The position numbers and the translations under genes were made by a program. The notes beneath the pieces were generated by a model. That model searched no databases. It was given only the letters and a program-made list of their open reading frames with translations, and was not told the origin of the DNA. From sequence record DRR723986_4829: 46,310 nucleotides of DNA; one strand, written 5' to 3'. Within the stretch, counting starts at the first letter, position 1. Each line of letters starts with the position of its first letter. Shown here piece by piece: positions 35,091 through 46,158 of the stretch.

Positions 35091-35678
35091 TTACTCGGCG
35101 GCGCTGGCGAGGGCCTCCGCCTCGGCGATCTGGCCGCGGACGAATTCCAGGGCCTGCTGCATTTGCTCGCTGTCCAGCGACTCGCTGCTGACGATGCGCA
35201 CCGTGCCCTGGTTGTCCATGACCGCCAGGACGGCGCCGCGCTTGCCAAGCTGCCAGTCCCGCACCCCGATGCCGTCTTCATCGAGCACCATGGTTGCCCT
35301 CGGATACTGCCGCTTGCTGTCCTTTATCTCTGATACCACGAATCCCGTGGTGCCCCAGAGGGCGACATCCAGATTGATGATCGTTGTGACATGGTACTTG
35401 GTGTAATCGAGTTCCTCCTGCAGCAGGTCGGTGAACGGGCTGAACAGGTCCCGGTCGCGCAAGGTGCCGCCAAAGTACTGCAGGATGTGCACCTTGCCCG
35501 GATCGTGTTCGCTGGACCAGGGCTGGAAGGAAAATTCATCCCCCTTGAGAATGACCTCGCCGCGCTCGGCTATTGCCAGAGGCGGCAGGGGTTGGCCCTC
35601 CGTTGGTCCGGCGCCGAAAGTAAGCGGTGATAGCACGAGGCAAAGCAGGGCGGTAAGCAGCGAGCGTCGCATTGGCAT
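35091..35678 (-). CDS. ytfJ: YtfJ family exported protein
   Basis: Signal peptide, GKVHILQY, YHVTTIINLD..WGTTGFV, MVLDEDG. Confidence 0.85.
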   Translation of the reverse strand: MPMRRSLLTALLCLVLSPLTFGAGPTEGQPLPPLAIAERGEVILKGDEFSFQPWSSEHDPGKVHILQYFGGTLRDRDLFSPFTDLLQEELDYTKYHVTTIINLDVALWGTTGFVVSEIKDSKRQYPRATMVLDEDGIGVRDWQLGKRGAVLAVMDNQGTVRIVSSESLDSEQMQQALEFVRGQIAEAEALASAAE

Positions 35679-35704
35679 GGTGTTCTCCCGGAATGTGCAG
35701 TTAG

Positions 35705-37837
35705 TTACGAAATTTTGCGGCGTCCGGATTTGCGCTTTGGCAGCGCCGGGTTGCGGGGCAGGCCGTTGTGCTGGGTCGCGAACTGTCGGCTGTCAGGCGG
35801 CACCGTGGCATGGCGCTTCGCCGGCTGTCGAGCCGGTACCAAGTGCAGCTTGCCGTTGCCGATAAGGTCCGAGCGACCCATTTTCTTCAGAGCCTTGCGC
35901 AGCACCGGCCAGTTGTCCGGGTCGTGGTAGCGCAGGAACGCCTTGTGCAGCCGCCGTTGGCTCATGCCACGCACCGTGGTCATGGTGTCGCTGTGCCGGG
36001 TTACCCGCTGCAGGGGATTCTTGCCGCTGTAATACATGGCAGTCGCTGTCGCCATGGGCGAGGGATAGAAGGTCTGTACCTGGTCGGCACGGAAGCGGTT
36101 GCGCTTCAGCCACATGGCGAGGTTCATCATGTCTTCATCCCGGGTCCCCGGATGGGCCGCGATAAAGTAGGGGATCAGGTACTGTTCCTTACCGGCTTCC
36201 TTTGAGTAGCGGTCAAACATCGCCTTGAACCGGTCATAGGTCCCGATACCCGGCTTCATCATCTTGCCCAGCGGTGCATCCTCGGTATGCTCCGGGGCAA
36301 TTTTCAGGTAGCCGCCCACGTGGTGGGTTACCAGTTCGCGCACATACTCCGGCGTCTCTACTGCCAGGTCGTAGCGCAGCCCCGAGGCGATCAGCACTTT
36401 CTTTACGCCAGGCACCTCCCTGGCGCGCCGATACAGGTCCACCAGTGGGGTCTGGTCGGTATTGAGATTCTTGCAGATACCGGGGAAAACGCAGCTTAGC
36501 TTGCGGCAGCGCGCCTCAACCTCCTTGCTCTTGCAGGCCAGGCGCCACATATTGGCCGTCGGACCGCCGAGGTCGGAAATGACCCCGGTGAACGCGGGAG
36601 ACGTGTCGCGAATAGCCTCCACCTCGCGAATGATCGAATCTTCCGAACGATTCTGGATGATCCTGCCCTCGTGCTCGGTGATGGAGCAGAAGGTACAGCC
36701 GCCGAAGCAGCCGCGCATGATATTGACCGAATGCCGGATCATCTCGTAGGCGGGGATTCGCGCTTCCCCGTAGCTGCTGTGCGGCAGTCGCGTGTACGGT
36801 AGCTCGAAGACCCAGTCCAGTTCGTCAGTTTCCAGTGGGATGGGCGGTGAATTCAGCCACACTTCCCGGTCACCGTGCGCCTGCACCAGCGGTCTCGCGT
36901 TGTAGGGGTTGGTTTCCTTGTGCAGTACCCGGGATGCGTGGGCATAGAGCGCGGGATCATCTTTGACCTGCTCGTAGGCGGGAATGCGTATTACTGCCGG
37001 TGAGTCGTCCAGGGTGCCGATCATTCTCACCGGTTCAGCGGCATCTTGCGCGGTTTCCTCGCTTTTCTCGCTACAGCTGGCATCGGTGGTTTCCTGATAG
37101 GGGTTCAGGGGCGGGCTTACCGGCCCTACCACGTCGATGCTGGTGGAGTCGATTACCCGCCAGCCGTCCGGCACGCGCTTGCGCACGAAGGCCGTGCCAC
37201 GCAGGTCGCGGATCTCGTGAATGGAATCCCCACCGGCCAGGCGGTGAGCAACGTCGATGATGGCCCGCTCTGCGTTGCCGTACAGCAGCAGGTCCGCGCG
37301 GCTGTCCAGCAACACCGAGCGCCGCACCTTGTCGCTCCAGTAATCGTAGTGGGCGATCCGCCGCAGGCTGGCCTCGATACTTCCGATTACCAGCGGCACA
37401 TCGCGGTAGGCTTCACGGACCCGCTGGCTGTAGACAATCACCGCCCGATCCGGTCGCCGGTCGCCCACATTGCCGGGCGTGTAGGCGTCGTCGTTGCGCC
37501 GCTTACGGTCGGCGGTGTAGCGGTTGATCATGGAATCCATGTTGCCGGCGGCGACGCCGAAAAACAGGTTGGGCTTGCCCAGCACCTTGAAGGCCTCCGC
37601 GCTGGTCCAGTCGGGCTGGGCAATGATGCCTACCCGGAACCCCTGGGCCTCAAGGGTTCGGCCGATAACTGCCATGCCGAAGCTCGGGTGATCGACATAG
37701 GCGTCACCGGTCACGATGATGATGTCGCAGCTGTCCCAGCCGAGCGCATCCATCTCCTGCCGGCTCATCGGCAGTTCAGGGGCCGGGCCGAAGCATTCGG
37801 CCCAGTATTTGCGGTAGTCGTAGACGGGTTTAGGCAT
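35705..37837 (-). CDS. ygiQ: YgiQ family radical SAM protein
   Basis: [53 protein letters not shown] at 37868-37863 upstream. Confidence 0.95.
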   Translation of the reverse strand: MPKPVYDYRKYWAECFGPAPELPMSRQEMDALGWDSCDIIIVTGDAYVDHPSFGMAVIGRTLEAQGFRVGIIAQPDWTSAEAFKVLGKPNLFFGVAAGNMDSMINRYTADRKRRNDDAYTPGNVGDRRPDRAVIVYSQRVREAYRDVPLVIGSIEASLRRIAHYDYWSDKVRRSVLLDSRADLLLYGNAERAIIDVAHRLAGGDSIHEIRDLRGTAFVRKRVPDGWRVIDSTSIDVVGPVSPPLNPYQETTDASCSEKSEETAQDAAEPVRMIGTLDDSPAVIRIPAYEQVKDDPALYAHASRVLHKETNPYNARPLVQAHGDREVWLNSPPIPLETDELDWVFELPYTRLPHSSYGEARIPAYEMIRHSVNIMRGCFGGCTFCSITEHEGRIIQNRSEDSIIREVEAIRDTSPAFTGVISDLGGPTANMWRLACKSKEVEARCRKLSCVFPGICKNLNTDQTPLVDLYRRAREVPGVKKVLIASGLRYDLAVETPEYVRELVTHHVGGYLKIAPEHTEDAPLGKMMKPGIGTYDRFKAMFDRYSKEAGKEQYLIPYFIAAHPGTRDEDMMNLAMWLKRNRFRADQVQTFYPSPMATATAMYYSGKNPLQRVTRHSDTMTTVRGMSQRRLHKAFLRYHDPDNWPVLRKALKKMGRSDLIGNGKLHLVPARQPAKRHATVPPDSRQFATQHNGLPRNPALPKRKSGRRKIS

Positions 37838-37900
37838 GGGATAGGTCCGTGGCAGGCACAGGATTATAGCGCACTACAGCGCATGACCGGCGCTGCAATT

Positions 37901-38797
37901 TTACCAGTCGGGATCGCGAGCGGCCTCGTCTTTGTTCTTGGCCGCGGGCTCCATGTCTTCCGCTTTGGGTACCTCGAGGAAGGCGCCGCAGTGTTTGCAG
38001 TGGCTGGCGTCCAGGGCGTGACCGCCGCGGGCGCAGTGTGGGCAGTTCCAGTTGAGCAGCTTGGTCGGACTGCGGTTGAGTCGTTCATAGAGTTTGGTGG
38101 TGACTATTGCAGTGGGCACCGCGATGATCGAGTAACCGATCAACATGCCCATGGCAGACACCGCGCGCCCGGCTGCGGTCTGGGGTATGACGTCGCCATA
38201 ACCCACCGTGGTGATGGTGACGATGGCCCAGTAGATGCTCAGGGGGATACTGGTGAAGCCGTGTTCCGGTCCCTCTATCACATAGATCAGGCAGCCAAAG
38301 ATGATGGTCAGGATAATGACCATCGAGAAGAATACGAAGATTGCGCGCGCGGAACTGCGCAGGACCCCGAGAATTTCCATGAACTCCTTGAGCATCCCGA
38401 ACAGGCGCAGGATCCGGAAAATCCGCAGCACCCTGAGCAGGCGAATCACCGCCAGTGACGCGGCACCGGGTAGCAGGAAGGCCAGGTAGGTCGGGAGGAT
38501 CGACAGCAGGTCAACAAGCCCGTACATGCTGGTCATGTAGCTGCGCCGATTATGTGAGCACCAGATGCGCACCAGGTACTCGACCGAGAACAGGGCGGTG
38601 AAGCCGATCTCGATCTGCCAGAACAGTGCGCCGTACTGGGCGTGCAGCTCCGGGATGGAATCGAGCATAACCACGGTGACGCTGATCAGGATCGCCACCA
38701 GCAGGGCGATATCGAAGCTCTTGCCGGCGGGCGTCTCGGTACCGAAGATAACGCTTTCGAACAGGGCCTGGCGGGGGGTCTGGTTTCGTCCGTTCAT
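37901..38797 (-). CDS. Voltage-gated-type potassium channel (ion transporter) with C-terminal Cys4 ribbon
   Basis: S4 RLLRVLRIFRILR, filter TTVGYGD, CPHC..CKHC. Confidence 0.92.
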   Translation of the reverse strand: MNGRNQTPRQALFESVIFGTETPAGKSFDIALLVAILISVTVVMLDSIPELHAQYGALFWQIEIGFTALFSVEYLVRIWCSHNRRSYMTSMYGLVDLLSILPTYLAFLLPGAASLAVIRLLRVLRIFRILRLFGMLKEFMEILGVLRSSARAIFVFFSMVIILTIIFGCLIYVIEGPEHGFTSIPLSIYWAIVTITTVGYGDVIPQTAAGRAVSAMGMLIGYSIIAVPTAIVTTKLYERLNRSPTKLLNWNCPHCARGGHALDASHCKHCGAFLEVPKAEDMEPAAKNKDEAARDPDW

Positions 38798-38881
38798 GTT
38801 ATGGTGACGGTTTGCCGCGATACCACGATGGGATCACAGTCGGCAGCAGGCGGTCAATCAATCTCCGGGGGCTTAGTCTCT

Positions 38882-39679
38882 GTGCAGTTACCGATCTATC
38901 AGGTCGATGCTTTCGCCGACCGCGCGTTTGCCGGTAATCCGGCGGCGGTCATGCCTCTGGACGCATGGCTGGATGACGCCGCGCTGCAGGCAATTGCTGC
39001 CGAGAACAACCTCTCTGAAACGGCATTCCTGGTGCCCGAAGTTGATGGCTTTCGCTTGCGCTGGTTCACACCGGAAGTGGAGGTCGATCTCTGCGGTCAC
39101 GCCACCCTGGCCACAGCGCATGTGTTGTTCGAACACCTCGCGTATCAAGAGCCCGCAGTGCGGTTTTATACCCGCAGTGGCGAGCTGGTAGTCAGCCGCG
39201 AGGGCGATGGCTACCTGATGGACTTCCCCGCGCCCGAGATGGTCGCGCAGCTGGTTGAAGACCCGGTCAGCCGGGCGCTGGGTGCACAAGCCCGCGAAGC
39301 GCTGATTCCTGTGGAACGGCCCTCAATGATGGTCTACGTGTTCGAAAGCCAGGCCGCGGTAGCCGCCCTGGCCCCGGATTTCATCGCGCTACGGCAGGCC
39401 ACACCGTATAGCGTGATCGCTACCGCCCCCGGGGATCACCATGATTTTGTCTCGCGCTTTTTTGGTCCACAGGTGGGCATCAATGAGGACCCGGTTACAG
39501 GGTCTGCCCACTGCTGCCTGACGGTTTATTGGGCGGCCAGGCTCGGACGCAGCCAGCTGCGGGCGCGTCAGATATCGGCGCGAGGTGGCGAGCTGGCGTG
39601 CCGGCTGCAGCACAACCGGGTAATGCTGGCCGGTCAGGCGCGTACCTTTATGGTGGGCACCGCTTTCCTGGCCGGTTGA
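38882..39679 (+). CDS. PhzF family epimerase/isomerase
   Basis: YQVDAF..GNPAAV, NLSETAF, EVDLCGHATLA, EDPVTGSAH; start placed at GTG 38882. Confidence 0.93.
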   Translation: MQLPIYQVDAFADRAFAGNPAAVMPLDAWLDDAALQAIAAENNLSETAFLVPEVDGFRLRWFTPEVEVDLCGHATLATAHVLFEHLAYQEPAVRFYTRSGELVVSREGDGYLMDFPAPEMVAQLVEDPVSRALGAQAREALIPVERPSMMVYVFESQAAVAALAPDFIALRQATPYSVIATAPGDHHDFVSRFFGPQVGINEDPVTGSAHCCLTVYWAARLGRSQLRARQISARGGELACRLQHNRVMLAGQARTFMVGTAFLAG

Positions 39680-39694
39680 CCGGTATCGCCGGGT

Positions 39695-40336
39695 TCAGGG
39701 TGCCAGCAGGGCCAGTATATCGGGCAGGACGTTTTCCAGCAGGCGCGGCTGGGCCTCGACCACCGGATGAATACCGTCCGCCTGCATCAGCGCCGGGTCG
39801 GTCGCCACGCCTTCCAGCAAAAATGCACCAAGCCGGCTGTCGGTGGCTTCCGCTACGATGCTGAATGAGTCTCGAAAGCCGCTGGTGTAGCGACTGCCGT
39901 AGTTGGGTGGTATCTCCATGGCCAGGAACAGTACCTGCGCCCCGGCTTGCTGTGCCAGCCGGGCCATTTGTTCCAGGTTGTCGCGAAACTTGTCCAGCGG
40001 GTAGCCACGGAGTCCATCGTTACCGCCGAGTTCGATGATCACCAGGGACGGCTGGTGCGCCTGCAATAACTGGGGCAGCCGGCGCAGGCCGCCACCGGAT
40101 GTCTCGCCGCTGATGCTCGCGTTGACTACCCGGGTTCCCGGGTGGCTGGATTCCAGCTGTCGCGCCAGCAGGGCAACCCAGCCCTGTTCGAGAGACATGC
40201 CGTAGGCGGCGCTGATACTATCGCCCAGCACCAGGACAGTGGGTTGGCGGGGCGCGGCGGACGCAGCGGCTATAGCGATGAGCAACAATCCGAGTGCCAG
40301 CGGCCCCCGTAGATTGCGTAAAAGGATGTGCAGCAT
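39695..40336 (-). CDS. tesA: Arylesterase/acyl-CoA thioesterase I (SGNH family)
   Basis: Signal peptide, GDSISAAYG, NASISGET, ELGGNDGLRG, DGIHP; start placed at ATG 40336. Confidence 0.93.
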   Translation of the reverse strand: MLHILLRNLRGPLALGLLLIAIAAASAAPRQPTVLVLGDSISAAYGMSLEQGWVALLARQLESSHPGTRVVNASISGETSGGGLRRLPQLLQAHQPSLVIIELGGNDGLRGYPLDKFRDNLEQMARLAQQAGAQVLFLAMEIPPNYGSRYTSGFRDSFSIVAEATDSRLGAFLLEGVATDPALMQADGIHPVVEAQPRLLENVLPDILALLAP

Positions 40337-40997
40337 GATAAAGGCGGAAAATCTCCTGAAGCGGGTTCCCATGGCGGGAGGCGAGCTGGAGATACTGAAA
40401 GGGATTACTCTCGAAATCAAGTCGGGCGAGGCGGTCGCGATTATTGGCGCCTCAGGCTCCGGGAAGTCGACCCTGCTCGGTTTGCTGGCCGGGCTAGACG
40501 AGGCCAGTGAGGGGCGGGTGATTATCGGTGAGACCGACATCGGAGAACTGGACGAGGATGGCCGGGCGCTGTTCCGTGGTCGTGAAATCGGTTTCGTGTT
40601 TCAGTCATTTCAACTACTACCTGCCCTGACCGCACTGGAGAATGTCATGCTGCCCCTGGAACTACAGGGACATGGCGATGCCCGGCAGCAGGCGGAGCAT
40701 TTCCTGCAGCGGGTGGGCCTGGGCTCGCGCATGGTGCACTACCCGAGGCAAATGTCCGGCGGGGAGCAGCAGCGGGTCGCCATAGCCCGCGCGTTTGCGG
40801 CCACGCCGCGTATCCTGTTTGCCGATGAACCGACCGGCAATCTCGATACTGCCACTGGCAGTCGTATTATCGATCTGCTGTTCGAATTGAACCGGGAAGA
40901 GGGCACTACCCTGGTTCTGGTAACCCATGACCAGAAGCTCGCCGAACGCTGTGAGCGCTGCCTGACCCTCGAGGCCGGCGAGCTGGTGGCGGGCTAG
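40335..40997 (+). CDS. ybbA: ABC ATPase YbbA (LolD-like)
   Basis: GASGSGKST, MSGGEQQR, FADEPTGNLD, VTHD; divergent from tesA; alternative start 40326. Confidence 0.92.
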   Translation: MIKAENLLKRVPMAGGELEILKGITLEIKSGEAVAIIGASGSGKSTLLGLLAGLDEASEGRVIIGETDIGELDEDGRALFRGREIGFVFQSFQLLPALTALENVMLPLELQGHGDARQQAEHFLQRVGLGSRMVHYPRQMSGGEQQRVAIARAFAATPRILFADEPTGNLDTATGSRIIDLLFELNREEGTTLVLVTHDQKLAERCERCLTLEAGELVAG

Positions 40998-41000
40998 GCT

Positions 41001-43475
41001 ATGTCGATGACAGCGACAAGAATGCTGGCCCGGGACTGGCGCGGCGGTGAACTGGGTGTACTGGTCGCCGCCCTGATCCTGGCGGTGGCGGTCGTCTCGG
41101 GAATCAGTGCCTTTACCACGCGGCTGCAGAGCGCGCTCGAGCAGGAGAGCCACCGCTTTCTGGCGGCTGACCGGGTGGTTCGCAGCGGGCAGGAGATTCC
41201 GGCGGAATGGCTGGAGGAGGGCAGCAAACGCGGCCTGGCGGTGGCCCAAACCCTGACGTTTCCGTCCATGGTCTTCGCGGGTGAAGAAAAGATGTTTCTC
41301 GCCTCAGTGAAGGCGGTTAGCCAGGCTTACCCACTGCGCGGTGACCTGACCTACAGTGCTGAACCCTTTGGCCCGGTGCAGCAGGCAGCGTCGGGTCCGA
41401 AACCCGGCACCGTGTGGCTGGATTCGCGTTTGTTTCCACTTCTGGATGTCGCCATCGGCGCTACGGTCTTTATCGGTGACGCGGGCTTCGAAGTCGTAGC
41501 CGCGGCGCGCACCGAACCGGATCAGAGCGCATCCTTCCTCGGCTATGGGCCGCGGGTCCTGATGCACTATGCAGACATACCCGCTACCGGTGTGGTGCAG
41601 CCCGGCAGCCGGGTGGAATATCGTCAGCTTTACGCTGGCCAGGCCCCGGCGCTTACCCGCTTTGAAGCCTGGCTGGAAACGCGGCTACAGGACACCCAGC
41701 GCCTGCTGGACGTGAACCAGGGACAACCGGGGATCGGTAATGCCCTCGACCGGGCAGAGAGTTTCCTGCTGTTGGCTGGCAGCCTGGGTGTGGTGCTGGC
41801 CGGCGTGGCGATTGCCCTGGCGGCGCGCCGCTTCAGCGAACGTCACACGGATTATGTGGCCATCATGAAAAGCCTCGGGGCGACTGCCGGGCGGGTCAAC
41901 CTGCTGTACGGGCGCAGCCTGCTGTTACTCGGGGTGATTGCTACCGTGCTCGGCTGCCTGGCGGGCTGGGGTATGCAGGCGGTATTTTTCGCCCTGTTTG
42001 CCGATCAGATGCCGGTGCAGCCGGGTCCTTCGGGCCTGCGCCCCTATGCCATCGGCGCCGCTACCGCGATGACCTGCCTGCTTTGCTTCGCCTGGCCGCC
42101 CCTGCGCCGCCTCGGGCTGGCCAGCCCGCTGCGCGTGTTGCGCCGCGACATGCCCGATGAGAACCGGCGGACCCTGACCGATTATGCGGTTGGGCTGGCC
42201 GCGGTAACCGTGCTGATGTGGTGGTACAGCGGTGACTGGCGCCTGACCTTTGCCGTTCTCGCCGGCCTGGCGATAACGGTATCCCTCGGCCTGGTGCTTG
42301 CCCTGACCTTGCTGCGCGGCGGGCGGCTGGTGGGCATGAGTGCCGGCAGCATCTGGCGCCTGGCACTGGCCGGCCTGCAACGCCGCGGCACCGCCAATGC
42401 GCTGCAGGTCGTTATTTTCGGGATGGCAATCATGCTGCTGCTGGTTCTGGTGCTGGTTCGTACCTCGCTGATCGATGAGTGGCAGACCCAGTTGCCGGCG
42501 GATACGCCGAACCATTTCATGCTCAATATCGCGCCGCACGAGGTGCAGGCCGTCGACCAGATGCTGCGTGCGGAGAGCGTACCAAGCGAGGCGCTGTACC
42601 CGATGATCCGCGGTCGGATCATGGCGGTGAACGGCGACGACCTCCCGCGCACCGACGATCGCGAGGAAGGGCGTCGCCAGCGGGAATCAAATTTCACCTG
42701 GTCAGACACCTTGCCTGAAGGCAATACGCTGCTGGCCGGTGAGTGGTGGTCGCCTGAGTCCAGTGAGCCGGTGGTATCGATCGAACGCGAATTCGCGGAA
42801 CGGCTGGGCGTGACGGTAGGCGACCGCCTGGGCCTGTTGATTGGTTCCGAGCCCCTCGAGGCGGAAATCACCAGCATCCGGGAGCTCGACTGGCAGTCCT
42901 TTCGCCCCAACTTTTTCCTGGTGTTCCCGCCCCGTTTGCTGGCGCCGTACCCGGCTACCTTCATGACCAGTTTTCACCTGGCGCCGGACCGAAAGGTCTT
43001 TCTCAATCGCTTCATCCGCCAGTTTCCCACGGTCACCGTGATTGAGATGGACGTGGTGGTGGAGCAGGTGCGCTCCATCGTCAGCCAGGTTTCGGCAGCG
43101 ATTGAGCTGGTGCTTGCGGTAATCATTGCCGCCGGTGCGCTGGTGCTGGTGGCAGGCGTACAGGCCAGTGTCGATGCGCGGATGCACGAGAGTTCAATCC
43201 TGCGAGCACTGGGCGCACGGCGCAACCTGATCCTGGGCGGACTGCTGATCGAATTCGCCGCACTGGGCTTGTTTGCCGGCGTTCTGGCCTGCGTTGCGGC
43301 GGAGCTGTCCGTCTACATCCTGCAGGAGTGGGTCATGGAGATGCACTACCAGCCGTCACCAGAGGTCTGGCCGCTGGGGGTTCTTGCCGGAATGACGCTG
43401 ATTGCCGCGCTCGGCGTCTACAGCTGTCGCCAGGTCGTTTCCAGTCCGCCCTTGCGCCTGCTGCGGGAACTGTGA
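41001..43475 (+). CDS. ybbP: ABC permease YbbP (FtsX/MacB-like)
   Basis: RDWRGGEL, YPLRG, VVQPGSRV, PNHFMLNI, WQSFRPNFF, LRALGA; follows ybbA. Confidence 0.92.
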   Translation: MSMTATRMLARDWRGGELGVLVAALILAVAVVSGISAFTTRLQSALEQESHRFLAADRVVRSGQEIPAEWLEEGSKRGLAVAQTLTFPSMVFAGEEKMFLASVKAVSQAYPLRGDLTYSAEPFGPVQQAASGPKPGTVWLDSRLFPLLDVAIGATVFIGDAGFEVVAAARTEPDQSASFLGYGPRVLMHYADIPATGVVQPGSRVEYRQLYAGQAPALTRFEAWLETRLQDTQRLLDVNQGQPGIGNALDRAESFLLLAGSLGVVLAGVAIALAARRFSERHTDYVAIMKSLGATAGRVNLLYGRSLLLLGVIATVLGCLAGWGMQAVFFALFADQMPVQPGPSGLRPYAIGAATAMTCLLCFAWPPLRRLGLASPLRVLRRDMPDENRRTLTDYAVGLAAVTVLMWWYSGDWRLTFAVLAGLAITVSLGLVLALTLLRGGRLVGMSAGSIWRLALAGLQRRGTANALQVVIFGMAIMLLLVLVLVRTSLIDEWQTQLPADTPNHFMLNIAPHEVQAVDQMLRAESVPSEALYPMIRGRIMAVNGDDLPRTDDREEGRRQRESNFTWSDTLPEGNTLLAGEWWSPESSEPVVSIEREFAERLGVTVGDRLGLLIGSEPLEAEITSIRELDWQSFRPNFFLVFPPRLLAPYPATFMTSFHLAPDRKVFLNRFIRQFPTVTVIEMDVVVEQVRSIVSQVSAAIELVLAVIIAAGALVLVAGVQASVDARMHESSILRALGARRNLILGGLLIEFAALGLFAGVLACVAAELSVYILQEWVMEMHYQPSPEVWPLGVLAGMTLIAALGVYSCRQVVSSPPLRLLREL

Positions 43476-43539
43476 TCCCGTTCGTGTCCTTCGCTGCACT
43501 GGTTTAGACTGCTCCCGAGTTTAACGTTGGGGTTTGCCC

Positions 43540-45531
43540 ATGCAGTTTTCGGACGCCGTAACCCGGCTGGCCTGTGCCGGTTTGATCCTCCTTGCGGGCT
43601 GTTCCCCGTCGACCCCGCCGGCGGAGCCGGGGGCCGACCCGGCGGGCCATACGGCACCGTCGGAATTCACCTTGCGCGCCAACCGCCAGCTTGCGGCAGA
43701 GCTGGACCTGGCCGACCGGGAGGATTTTGAGCAGGCGCTGCGCGGGCTGGTCGCCAGCCCCGAGGGATTGCAGGTTCGGGCGGCCGACGGCGACCTGGCC
43801 TGGAGCCAGGCGGCCTACGAGTTTGTCAGCGGGCCAGCGCCCGACTCGGTAAATCCAAGTCTGTGGCGGCAGGCCCAGCTCAATGGCATACATGGCCTGT
43901 TCCAGGTAACGGAGGGGGTCTATCAGCTGCGCGGCTTCGATCTCGCCAACATCACCCTTATCGAAGGCGAGCGGGGCTGGATCCTCGTCGATCCGCTGAC
44001 CACCGCGGCCACCGCCCGCGCCGCCATGGCCTTTGCTCGTGAGCACCTGGATGAGCGGCCGGTATCAGCGGTGATTTTTACCCACAGTCACATTGATCAC
44101 TTTGGTGGGGTGGAGGGTGCGCTGCGCCCGGCAGACTATGACGGGCTGCGGGTGATCGCGCCGGTCGGCTTTATGGCCGAGGCGGTCAGCGAGAACCTGC
44201 TGGCCGGCACCGCAATGCAGCGCCGTGCCACCTTCATGTACGGCCGCAACCTCACGGTAGGTCCGCGCGGCCATGTCGACACGGGTCTCGGCAAAGAGCC
44301 TGCGCGGGGTGGACTGATCAGCATTCTCGAGCCCACCGACCTTATCAGCACCACGGGCCACCGGCTGCTGGTCGACGGTGTCGAACTGGTATTCCAGAAT
44401 GCCGGAGGCTCCGAAGCTCCGGCGGAATTGACCTTCTACCTGCCAGCGCTCAAGGCGTTCTGTGGTGCGGAGCTCATGTCCAGGAATATGCATAACCTGT
44501 ACACCCTGCGTGGCGCCAAGGTCCGGGATGGTCTGGCCTGGAGCGCGTATATCCAGGAAGCGCTGGACCTGTTTGGTGGCGAATCAGAGGTGTACTTCGC
44601 CAGCCACCATTGGCCTATCTGGGGCAATACCGAGATCCGGCGCTACATGGCCCGGCAGCGAGACACCTACAAATACCTGCACGACCAGACCTTGCGCATG
44701 GCCAATCGTGGCGCGACGCCGGGGGAAATCGCCGAGCGCATGGTGCTGCCGCCGAGTCTGCAGGCGGATTTCTCCAGTCGCGGCTACTACGGTACGGTCA
44801 GGCATAACGCCCGGGCTGTGTACCAGCGCTACTTTGGCTGGTATGACGGCAACCCCGCCAGGCTCAATCCGCTACCACCGGTGGAAGCGGCGACCCGATA
44901 CGTGGACTTCATGGGCGGCGCAGAGGCCGTACTGGCCAGGGCGAAGTCGTCGTTTGACGACGGTGACTACCGCTGGGTTGCCGAGGTAGTCAACCACCTG
45001 GTATTCGCCCAGCCCGATAACCAGGCGGCCCGGGCGCTGCTGGCCGCAACCTATGACCAACTGGGCTACCAGGCCGAGTCTGGCCCCTGGCGAGATGCCT
45101 ATCTCACCGGCGCGTTTGAATTGCGCCACGGCAAGCCGGACAGCGGCGTGGACCTCGCCGATGCGGCGGGGCTGATCCAGCGGGTGCCAACGCCACTGTT
45201 CTTCGAGGCAATGGCAAGTAATCTCGACGGGCCCCGGGCGGCTGGCGAGGATTACGTCATCAATGTGACCTTCTCGGATACCGGTGAGGTGATCGTGCTG
45301 CGTATTGAAAATGCGGTCTTGCACGCCCGGGAAGGAGAGCCTGACCCCGATGCTGACGCTGGTCTCACCCTGACCCGGACCATGTTTCTGGACCTGTTGG
45401 GCGGCCGGGCGGGCCTGCGGGAAACCGTGTTCTCTGACGAGCTGGCGACCTCAGGCAACCGCCTGGCGCTGCTGGGTTTCTTCTCCCTGTTCGAACCGAT
45501 GGAGCCGGTGTTCGAGATCGTCGCGCCGTGA
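43540..45531 (+). CDS. Alkyl/aryl sulfatase (SdsA1/BDS1-like MBL fold), lipoprotein
   Basis: Lipobox LAGC, VNPSLWRQA, THSHIDHFGG, HNLYTLRGAKVRD, HHWP, GYYG, C-terminal SCP2-like domain. Confidence 0.93.
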   Translation: MQFSDAVTRLACAGLILLAGCSPSTPPAEPGADPAGHTAPSEFTLRANRQLAAELDLADREDFEQALRGLVASPEGLQVRAADGDLAWSQAAYEFVSGPAPDSVNPSLWRQAQLNGIHGLFQVTEGVYQLRGFDLANITLIEGERGWILVDPLTTAATARAAMAFAREHLDERPVSAVIFTHSHIDHFGGVEGALRPADYDGLRVIAPVGFMAEAVSENLLAGTAMQRRATFMYGRNLTVGPRGHVDTGLGKEPARGGLISILEPTDLISTTGHRLLVDGVELVFQNAGGSEAPAELTFYLPALKAFCGAELMSRNMHNLYTLRGAKVRDGLAWSAYIQEALDLFGGESEVYFASHHWPIWGNTEIRRYMARQRDTYKYLHDQTLRMANRGATPGEIAERMVLPPSLQADFSSRGYYGTVRHNARAVYQRYFGWYDGNPARLNPLPPVEAATRYVDFMGGAEAVLARAKSSFDDGDYRWVAEVVNHLVFAQPDNQAARALLAATYDQLGYQAESGPWRDAYLTGAFELRHGKPDSGVDLADAAGLIQRVPTPLFFEAMASNLDGPRAAGEDYVINVTFSDTGEVIVLRIENAVLHAREGEPDPDADAGLTLTRTMFLDLLGGRAGLRETVFSDELATSGNRLALLGFFSLFEPMEPVFEIVAP

Positions 45532-45536
45532 TCGTC

Positions 45537-46154
45537 TCAGCCGGCGCTGATGCCGGCAAGGAAGGTGTTGACGCCGACGTCGACCTGGCGGGCCAGATCG
45601 ATGTGGCGCTGGAACAGTTCGGGTGCGTCCACCCTCAGGGTGGCCAGTCCGTGGATGCCCGCCCAGGAGGCGTTAGCCAGGTAGGTCACATCCTGTTGTC
45701 GAAACAGGCCCGCAGCCATGCCCGATCTGAGGATCTGCTGGACCAGCAGGAAGGCCTCACGGCTCGCCTCGCGCAGTTCCGGATAGCGCTCAGCCGGCTG
45801 CACGGTCGGGCCAAACATCAGCTTGAACAGCTCTGGATTGGCGGCGGCATAATCGACATAGGCGTGTGCGGTGGCCACCAGCTGTTGCCCGGCATTGTCA
45901 CCCGATGCGGCAACCGCAGCCTGCAGCGCCGCCAGCAGGTCGCGATAGCCGCGAGTCGCCATCGCCGCCAGCAGTTCCCCCTTGTCAGCGAAATGCCGGT
46001 AGGGCGCGGTCTGGGAAACCCCCACGGCGCGAGCCAGCGCACGCAGGCTCAGCGCATCCGCGCCGGCGTCCGGCAGCTGGTCGATTGCGGTATCGAGCAG
46101 TTCGGCCCGCAAATTGCCGTGGTGGTAAGCGCGTGGCGCGACAGGTTCGCTCAC
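45537..46154 (-). CDS. TetR/AcrR family regulator (WHG-type C-terminus)
   Basis: [34 protein letters not shown]. Confidence 0.93.
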   Translation of the reverse strand: MSEPVAPRAYHHGNLRAELLDTAIDQLPDAGADALSLRALARAVGVSQTAPYRHFADKGELLAAMATRGYRDLLAALQAAVAASGDNAGQQLVATAHAYVDYAAANPELFKLMFGPTVQPAERYPELREASREAFLLVQQILRSGMAAGLFRQQDVTYLANASWAGIHGLATLRVDAPELFQRHIDLARQVDVGVNTFLAGISAG

Positions 46155-46158
46155 CGGA

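Noticed and set aside
37046-38458. 470-aa plus-strand ORF
   Set aside because: Antisense shadow of ygiQ and the K+ channel gene; no motifs; long stop-free antisense frames are expected at this GC content
38642-38881. N-terminal extension of the PhzF ORF (345 aa in track)
   Set aside because: Overlaps the divergent K+ channel start; family homology begins at VQLPIYQVDAF (38882)
40337-40540. N-terminal extension of the tesA ORF (281 aa in track)
   Set aside because: Antisense to ybbA; the signal peptide begins at about 40336
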